Assembly: GCA_027460535.1 (NCBI GenBank)
Contig: JAPZAR010000007.1
Coordinates: 1-32,000 of the forward strand
Direction: 5' to 3'
Length of the DNA stretch: 32,000 bases
From: Candidatus Methanoperedens sp.
GTDB taxonomy: Archaea > Halobacteriota > Methanosarcinia > Methanosarcinales > Methanoperedenaceae
The notes below the pieces were generated by a model. It had not been told where the DNA came from and made no database searches. It saw only the letters and a program-made list of their open reading frames with translations. This document shows, in pieces, positions 26,264 to 32,000 of this stretch (position 1 is the stretch's first letter; every line of letters starts with the position of its first letter). A program made the position numbers and the translations under genes.

Positions 26264-26758
26264 ATGAATGGGATGCAATGTGAAATATGCGGCGATGACA
26301 TAAAAGGGAATCCAACCAGGGTGACTGTGGAAGGGACTGTCCTGGATGTGTGCGGAAAATGTGCCCGTTACGGGAAACCAACCGACAAATGGACCCCGGT
26401 GTCCAGGAAAATGTTACCCACAGAGAAGGTAATTGTAACCCGCAGGCCAAGAAGAGATGTTTTTGATAAACTTGAGGATGAGATCAACCCGGATTATGCC
26501 CACATTATCAAGAAAGCCCGGGAATCTCAGGGGTTAACGATCGAAGAGCTTGCCTCGAAGATGATGGAAAAATCCACATTACTAAGAAAAATCGAACGTG
26601 AGGAACTCATACCCGAAGATGCAGTAAGGAAAAAACTTGAAACAACACTTAATATAAAATTGACCGAAAAGATATCATCTCAAGACCAGCGCGGTGGCGG
26701 GTTCATCCGTGGGACCACGCTTGGCGATGTGGCCATTATACGAAAGAAAATGAAATGA
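26264..26758 (+). CDS. mbf1: Archaeal multiprotein-bridging factor 1 (Zn-ribbon + Cro/C1-type HTH)
   Basis: The N-terminal zinc ribbon is CEICG...CGKC. The C-terminal HTH is [34 protein letters not shown]. The start may be ATG 26273 (MQCEICG). Confidence 0.9.
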   Translation: MNGMQCEICGDDIKGNPTRVTVEGTVLDVCGKCARYGKPTDKWTPVSRKMLPTEKVIVTRRPRRDVFDKLEDEINPDYAHIIKKARESQGLTIEELASKMMEKSTLLRKIEREELIPEDAVRKKLETTLNIKLTEKISSQDQRGGGFIRGTTLGDVAIIRKKMK

Positions 26759-26804
26759 CAGGTATTTAACAATCCCATCCGAACTTCAGGATATTTACTT
26801 ATTT

Positions 26805-28229
26805 TTAGATTCTGCCAACCATTCTTTCATAGAAATTGCACCACTCTTCAAATCCGCATCCAGAGTTCCAGGGCATATTTGCCCTGAAATCCTTCACAAT
26901 ATCAAAATACTCCCGGGGGAACCATGGTGCTTTGAAATCGAACTGGTCAAAGTCACCCCAATCTTCAAGGGAAGTTAGAGGTTTCAAACCTTTCTCAAGC
27001 GAGACATCGTATAGTCTCGTGTTCGGGTAGGGTGTATAGAATGATAAAAGAATATCCATATGAGCAAGTCTGCCATGTTTGCCGTATGCGCATATTATCT
27101 TATGTATCTCGCTCAATGTGCTTTTAACCTCTTTTCCCGCTTCGACCCCCGGAATCCCCACCATGAACGAACCCCGGATGTCAATATCATGCTTTATGCA
27201 CTTATCGATGCAATTCTTTATCTGGCTCACCCTGGAGCCTTTGTTCATTGCATCCAATGCATCCTGAAATCCGCTTTCAAATCCAATGAATATTTCATGT
27301 ATGCCGGCTTCGCGCGCTAACGCCCAGACGCTCTCATCCATGCGCGAAAGCTGCTCCATCCTGCCATTCACACTTGTCAGACGGATGCCCAGGTCTTTTT
27401 CGATCAGAAGCCTGCACAATTCTTTCACACGCCTGACATTAAGGAAGAAATCACTGTCCCTTATCATGAATGTGTCTATGTTGTATGTCTTTGCAAGGTA
27501 TTCAAGCTCTGAAACCACGGTTTCATGCGCAAGTCCTGACCAGTGCCTGGCGCAGAATATTGGCTCAGAGCAGAAATCACATCCTGAGGCACAGCCCTGG
27601 CTTGTATAATAGTCAATGCATCGAGTCCCGAACTTATATCCCTTTATGTGCCGCTCCACCTCTATCATATCATACGGAACGGGGGGAAAGGCATCGAGTT
27701 TTTCAAATATCCTGTCAGGGTTGTTCATGATCCTGCCCCCATCTTTAAACGAAGCCCCGGGAATTCCGTCAATTGCACCATTATTGCTGAGTCTCTTCAC
27801 GACCTCCCTGAATGTGAGTTCTCCCTGGCCCCTGATAACAATATCAATATTAGGGTTTTCAAGCGTCTGCACCGGTTCAGTGGATGGGTGATACCCGCCC
27901 CAGATGACAGGCAAATCAGGATTGCGTTCTTTAACAGCCGCGCAAATGTTAATCCCGTCCCTGATCTGGTAGCAGGTCATGCTGCTCACTGCAAGACAGA
28001 GCGCATTATCGCACGCGTCCAGGATCTGCTTTCTGTAATCTTTATCCACTGCTGCATTGATGATCTTAACTTCAAATTCATTCCTGACCATCCGGGCAAG
28101 AGCAAGAAGGGAAAGGGGGACATTGACAAGAGGAACCTGAAGCGACGTGGTCTTCTTATTTTGGATTGCAACAGGATGTTTTACAGGCATCGGATTGAAC
28201 AAAATGATAGTGTTCTTTTTCATGTTCAC
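26805..28229 (-). CDS. B12-binding-domain radical SAM enzyme (class B), substrate unknown
   Basis: 474 aa with an N-terminal Rossmann-like cobalamin-binding region and the radical SAM cluster motif CASGCDFC (CxxxCxxC). The start is either GTG 28229 or ATG 28223. Confidence 0.85.
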   Translation of the reverse strand: MNMKKNTIILFNPMPVKHPVAIQNKKTTSLQVPLVNVPLSLLALARMVRNEFEVKIINAAVDKDYRKQILDACDNALCLAVSSMTCYQIRDGINICAAVKERNPDLPVIWGGYHPSTEPVQTLENPNIDIVIRGQGELTFREVVKRLSNNGAIDGIPGASFKDGGRIMNNPDRIFEKLDAFPPVPYDMIEVERHIKGYKFGTRCIDYYTSQGCASGCDFCSEPIFCARHWSGLAHETVVSELEYLAKTYNIDTFMIRDSDFFLNVRRVKELCRLLIEKDLGIRLTSVNGRMEQLSRMDESVWALAREAGIHEIFIGFESGFQDALDAMNKGSRVSQIKNCIDKCIKHDIDIRGSFMVGIPGVEAGKEVKSTLSEIHKIICAYGKHGRLAHMDILLSFYTPYPNTRLYDVSLEKGLKPLTSLEDWGDFDQFDFKAPWFPREYFDIVKDFRANMPWNSGCGFEEWCNFYERMVGRI

Positions 28230-28375
28230 GGTCAGTTCTATGAATGTGCTACTATTTCAATTTAGAACTCCATGAAATCGCAATCATCCCATAAAAAAGT
28301 TTTAAATAGTTGCAGGGAAAATATAAACTATACCTGACCGACATTTTGTATTCTAGAGAATAACATGGGTACGCA

Positions 28376-29308
28376 ATGGAACCGATAATAGAAATTCGCG
28401 GATTATCGAAAAGTTATGGCAATTTCAGTGCGTTAAATAACGTTTCCCTGAGCATAGAAAAGGGAACGATTTTCGGTCTTCTCGGCCCGAACGGGGCAGG
28501 CAAATCTACATTGATAAAGGTACTGTCATGCCAGTCAAGGCCCACGTCCGGACGGGCATATATCTCCGGTCTGGATGTAGTCAATGATAAGAAAGAAGTG
28601 CTTTCAATCATCGGGGTCGTCCCTCAGGAACACAGTTTCTATGATGAGCTCACGGTAAATGAAAATCTCGAGTATTTCGGTTCACTGTACGGCATTCCAG
28701 TCATTGAGATCAAAAAAAGAGGCCATAGAATCCTGGAAATGCTGCAACTGGGTGATAAGAGCGCAAGTTTTGCGGGCACGCTGTCAGGTGGAATGAAAAC
28801 CAGGTTGAATATCGCCTGCGCACTGGTACATAAACCCGATGTGCTCATCCTGGATGAACCCAGCGTAGGACTTGACCCGGTTTCCAGGAAAGCATTGTGG
28901 AATACCATCAGATCAGTCAATAGCGAAGGCACTAGCGTTCTTATCACCACGCATTATATGGAAGAAGCCGACCTGCTGTGCGACTGGATAATGATAATGA
29001 ACAGGGGCAAGATAGTCGTTGAAGGAACATCTGAAGAGCTGAAAAAAATGTTGGGAGCAAGGGTTATCCAGATAACGAGCGCTCCAGGCGACTATCGATC
29101 GATCAAAAGCAAAGTGGAGTTGCTGGAAGCGGTATCATCCTGCAGCATTGGCGAGAAAGGATTGAAGCTATCCCTCAAGGAAGATCTGCCGCTTCAGGCG
29201 ATCTTTGAAATATTCGAATCCATGGGTGAAAAAATAAAGGACGTTGAATCCAGCAGGCCCAGCCTGGAGGACGTGTTCATCCATGCAGCAGGGGAGGAAT
29301 GGCATTGA
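28376..29308 (+). CDS. ABC transporter ATP-binding protein (ABC-2/DrrA-like)
   Basis: Walker A is GPNGAGKST, the signature is LSGGMKTRL, Walker B is LILDEPSVGLD, and the H-loop is TTHYMEE. The gene overlaps the permease gene by 10 nt. Confidence 0.93.
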   Translation: MEPIIEIRGLSKSYGNFSALNNVSLSIEKGTIFGLLGPNGAGKSTLIKVLSCQSRPTSGRAYISGLDVVNDKKEVLSIIGVVPQEHSFYDELTVNENLEYFGSLYGIPVIEIKKRGHRILEMLQLGDKSASFAGTLSGGMKTRLNIACALVHKPDVLILDEPSVGLDPVSRKALWNTIRSVNSEGTSVLITTHYMEEADLLCDWIMIMNRGKIVVEGTSEELKKMLGARVIQITSAPGDYRSIKSKVELLEAVSSCSIGEKGLKLSLKEDLPLQAIFEIFESMGEKIKDVESSRPSLEDVFIHAAGEEWH

Positions 29309-31209
29309 TCGGCTTTTCTGTTATAAAGAAGGATTTGAAGGTTTATGTACGCCATAAAAAAACGTTGCTGCTGATTTTTATTGCACCAATCCTTATCATG
29401 ATATTGATCGGGTCTGTGTTCTCAGGTTCATCAGGTGAAGGTCTTAAGGATGTAAAGCTGGGTGTGGGGGGTGGATCAGACCAGGGAAAGCAAATCATTG
29501 AAGAATTGAATACCAGCAAGATGTTCGTGATCGTCAAAGAGAACACGAGCGATCCTGCTGTTATTGAAAATGGTGTAAAAGAGGGAAAATACAGTGCAGG
29601 GATTTTCATTCCTGAGAATCAGACCCAGGTGATTCGATTATACCTGGATAATTCAAAAGTGCAGATTGCGCCGGTTATTTCTACTGTTTTCCTCACCACC
29701 ACCGAAAAAATGTCCTACGAACTCACCCTTGGTTTCATCAGCAAGCTGTGGGAAAACCTGGCTCAGATGGAATCCGAACTGGATCCGCTGAAGGATGGGG
29801 TCACCCGTATCAATGGAAGTATCGCGGACATGAATCGGGATACCCAGAAAGTACTGATCTCAATGAACAACATAAACGCCACCGGCCTGAATGAGTCGAT
29901 CGTCTTGATGAAAAACACCATTGACCAGATGGGTCTCGACCTTAACAGGACCGGCTCTGATATCAATGTAACGCGCACAGAGATAATCGAACTGGATAAG
30001 AACGTGAGTTCGATATACGACGATTCGGCTGCACTGAGAGATGACCTGAAATTCGTGGTCGATAATATCGATTCCACGGATGCCTCATTGTTTGCCATCC
30101 AGACAAATTTGCAAGGGACTTATAATCTGACTTGTGGTGGTCCATCAGCGCCGCAGTGCGTTTCACTTGCCGGCACCATCAGGCAGGTACAGGATACAAG
30201 AGCCCTACTGCTTGAAAGGACTGACCGTATCAGGTCTCTTTACAACGGTCTTGTGAATGTAGCCCAGAAAGGTGCGGAATTGCACCAAAAATTGAACGAG
30301 ACTGACACGCGGCTTCAAAATATGCAGGGGTCTATAACCAATTACACGGCTGAGATCTCAGGTATATCTGGAAATATCACAAATATCGAATCTGCGGTCA
30401 TCACCCTGGGAAATGTGAAGGACAGTTCAGCCAACCTCTCCCTCCAGATGGGAAACCTGACCTCTGAAATATCCAACGGAACATCCAATCTATCATCGGA
30501 TATTGCCTGGACGAAAAGCGTTTTAAGCGAAGTGATCAAGAAGTCACCCGCTGCTATTGCCGCCCCAATTAAATTGGAAAGGGAGTCGGTTTTCAGCGAC
30601 AGGTCATATCTTGACTTCCTGATGCCCGCAATTATTTCAATTGTGCTGATGTTCGTTTCATTCCTTCTTGCATCCATAACAATCGTCCAGGAGAAGTCGA
30701 AGAAGACCCTGATCAGGACGCTTTTGACACCCCTATCTTTAGAAGAATTTATCCTCGCAAAGACATCTGCGCTCATCTTTATCGCCCTGCTGCAGGGAAT
30801 TATCATGATCGTCGTGGCCTACGTGCTTTATGGAATAGCGATACCGGTCAACCAGCTCGGTCTCCTTTTCCTGGTGATACTCATATATTCGGCCTGCTTC
30901 ATAGGGATCGGCATGGCAGTTGCAACGTTTGCGGAATCGGAGAATACGGCCATGCTCTCATCCCTGGTGCTGAGCATACCCATGCTTTTCCTCTGCGGCG
31001 TTTTCTTCCCGTTCGAGACCATGCCCCAGCTGATGGCTGCTCTTGGCGGCGCTCTTCCGATCACATTGGGCATCAAGGCGCTGGAATCTGTCCTGATTTA
31101 CCAGAAAGGGTTCGATGTACTCGCTGGATATCTTGTGCCACTCATTGCATACGGTTTAGCTGGATTGGGGTTGGCGTACCTGCTATTGAGAAAAGAGGTC
31201 AGGGATTGA
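29299..31209 (+). CDS. ABC-2 family permease with a large extracytoplasmic coiled-coil domain (YhgE/Pip-like)
   Basis: 636 aa with an N-terminal TM helix, a ~390-aa hydrophilic repeat-like domain and a C-terminal ~5-TM ABC-2 membrane domain. Confidence 0.85.
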   Translation: MALIGFSVIKKDLKVYVRHKKTLLLIFIAPILIMILIGSVFSGSSGEGLKDVKLGVGGGSDQGKQIIEELNTSKMFVIVKENTSDPAVIENGVKEGKYSAGIFIPENQTQVIRLYLDNSKVQIAPVISTVFLTTTEKMSYELTLGFISKLWENLAQMESELDPLKDGVTRINGSIADMNRDTQKVLISMNNINATGLNESIVLMKNTIDQMGLDLNRTGSDINVTRTEIIELDKNVSSIYDDSAALRDDLKFVVDNIDSTDASLFAIQTNLQGTYNLTCGGPSAPQCVSLAGTIRQVQDTRALLLERTDRIRSLYNGLVNVAQKGAELHQKLNETDTRLQNMQGSITNYTAEISGISGNITNIESAVITLGNVKDSSANLSLQMGNLTSEISNGTSNLSSDIAWTKSVLSEVIKKSPAAIAAPIKLERESVFSDRSYLDFLMPAIISIVLMFVSFLLASITIVQEKSKKTLIRTLLTPLSLEEFILAKTSALIFIALLQGIIMIVVAYVLYGIAIPVNQLGLLFLVILIYSACFIGIGMAVATFAESENTAMLSSLVLSIPMLFLCGVFFPFETMPQLMAALGGALPITLGIKALESVLIYQKGFDVLAGYLVPLIAYGLAGLGLAYLLLRKEVRD

Positions 31210-31233
31210 ATTTCCCTCTGTTACAAAAAAATT

Positions 31234-32000
31234 ATGGTTCTATACGCATATGAAGAAGCCATGGTCCCCAATCCCGTTGTCCGCATCAGTCACGTCTCTT
31301 TGGTACGGAACAATAAAACCGTCCTGCAGGATATCTCCTTCTGCATTAATCGAGGCGAGCACTGGTCGATATTGGGACCAAACGGCTCGGGAAAGACAAG
31401 CCTTGTAAGTATAATCAACGGCTATCACCAGCCCTCCGAAGGAGAAACATGGGTTCTGGGAAAAAAATTCGGATCTACCGACCTTCGGGAACTGCGCAGA
31501 AATATCGGAGAATGCAGTTCCGAGATACGGGATATGGTACATGATTGGGAATCTGTCAATGATATCGTGCTATCAGGCAGGTTCGGCAGTATAGGTCTTT
31601 ATGAATCCCCATCCATGGCAGACCTTGAACGCTCTTCCTTTCTGATGGAATTTTTTGGATTGTCGGGGGACAGGCAGTTCAGAACGCTTTCGTTCGGAGA
31701 ACAGCAGAAGACCCTGATCGCCAGGGCAATGATGCCTGAACCTGATTTACTGGTGCTGGACGAGCCATGCGCAGGGCTTGACCCCAGGGCAAGGGAAGAA
31801 CTTCTGGATGCGGTGCAGGAAATGTGTCTCATGCCAGGTGGCCCGACATTGATCTATGTCACTTACCATATTGAAGAGATAATGCCTGCCATAACCCATA
31901 CAATGGCGCTGCGGGATGGGAGTATTGTTGCATGCGGTCCAAAAAAGGAAGTGCTTACAGGTGAAGTATTGAGCAGGACTTTTGACCTGTCCATCTGCCT
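31234..32000 (+). CDS. Second ABC-type ATP-binding protein, 3'-truncated by the window end
   Basis: This ORF is not in the ORF track because it is open at the window edge. My translation gives MVPNPVVRISHVSLVRNNKTVLQDISF..., Walker A GPNGSGKTS, signature LSFGEQQK, Walker B LLVLDEPCAGLD and H-loop YVTYHIEE. The start is ATG 31234 or ATG 31261. Confidence 0.85.
   Translation, partial: MVLYAYEEAMVPNPVVRISHVSLVRNNKTVLQDISFCINRGEHWSILGPNGSGKTSLVSIINGYHQPSEGETWVLGKKFGSTDLRELRRNIGECSSEIRDMVHDWESVNDIVLSGRFGSIGLYESPSMADLERSSFLMEFFGLSGDRQFRTLSFGEQQKTLIARAMMPEPDLLVLDEPCAGLDPRAREELLDAVQEMCLMPGGPTLIYVTYHIEEIMPAITHTMALRDGSIVACGPKKEVLTGEVLSRTFDLSIC

Noticed and set aside
26211-26450. An 80-codon N-terminal extension of the PAN ORF. 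Analogous extensions occur for leuS (14174-14239) and aroA' (24418-24477).
   Set aside because: The extensions are not protein-like. They run through divergent promoters, TATA-like boxes or the mbf1 start. In each case the conserved family N-terminus begins at an internal ATG preceded by an SD sequence.

Overview
The window reads as a chromosomal segment of a euryarchaeon resembling Methanosarcinales/Methanomicrobia, judged from gene content only. Archaeal markers are the shikimate entry enzymes ADH synthase (aroA') and dehydroquinate synthase II (aroB'), proteasome-activating nucleotidase PAN, aMBF1, archaeal-type LeuRS, an RlmE-TRAM fusion, a FilR1-like regulator and a Chlor_Arch_YYY membrane protein. 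Most genes are on the minus strand, tightly packed, and often preceded by GGAGG-type Shine-Dalgarno sequences. I saw no rRNA, tRNA, CRISPR array, transposase or integrase.

Main observations:
1. A hicBA toxin-antitoxin cassette lies between the intact 3' end of aroB' and a diverged orphan copy of that same 3' end. The differences between the copies are mostly synonymous, which looks like an integration or recombination scar.
2. The multi-PAS/GAF sensor kinase has Tyr in place of the phospho-acceptor His (SYELKTPL, as in DivL). Its ATPase domain is intact and it overlaps an intact receiver gene.
3. In two genes (the KaiC-like ATPase and a GT2 glycosyltransferase) the conserved N-terminus extends upstream of any ATG/GTG/TTG. 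Each has an in-frame ATA placed just after a Shine-Dalgarno sequence (4 nt after GGGGTGA for the KaiC-like gene, 7 nt after GGAGG for the GT2 gene), suggesting ATA initiation.
4. A tightly coupled operon encodes Roadblock/LC7, a KaiC-like ATPase and two paralogous 3-TM mini-proteins. It lies next to the kinase/receiver pair.
5. A HerA/FtsK-like P-loop ATPase is fused to a winged helix flanked by two copies of a Y-x-P-x-W-x-V motif. The gene sits between AT-rich non-coding flanks inside a glycosylation-type cluster.
6. An 826-bp AT-rich spacer carries TCTGC repeats phased at 10 nt. A related 10-mer, TCTGCGGTT(C), recurs three times in the window, always in intergenic DNA.

All family assignments rest on motif recognition by eye. 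No database search was possible.
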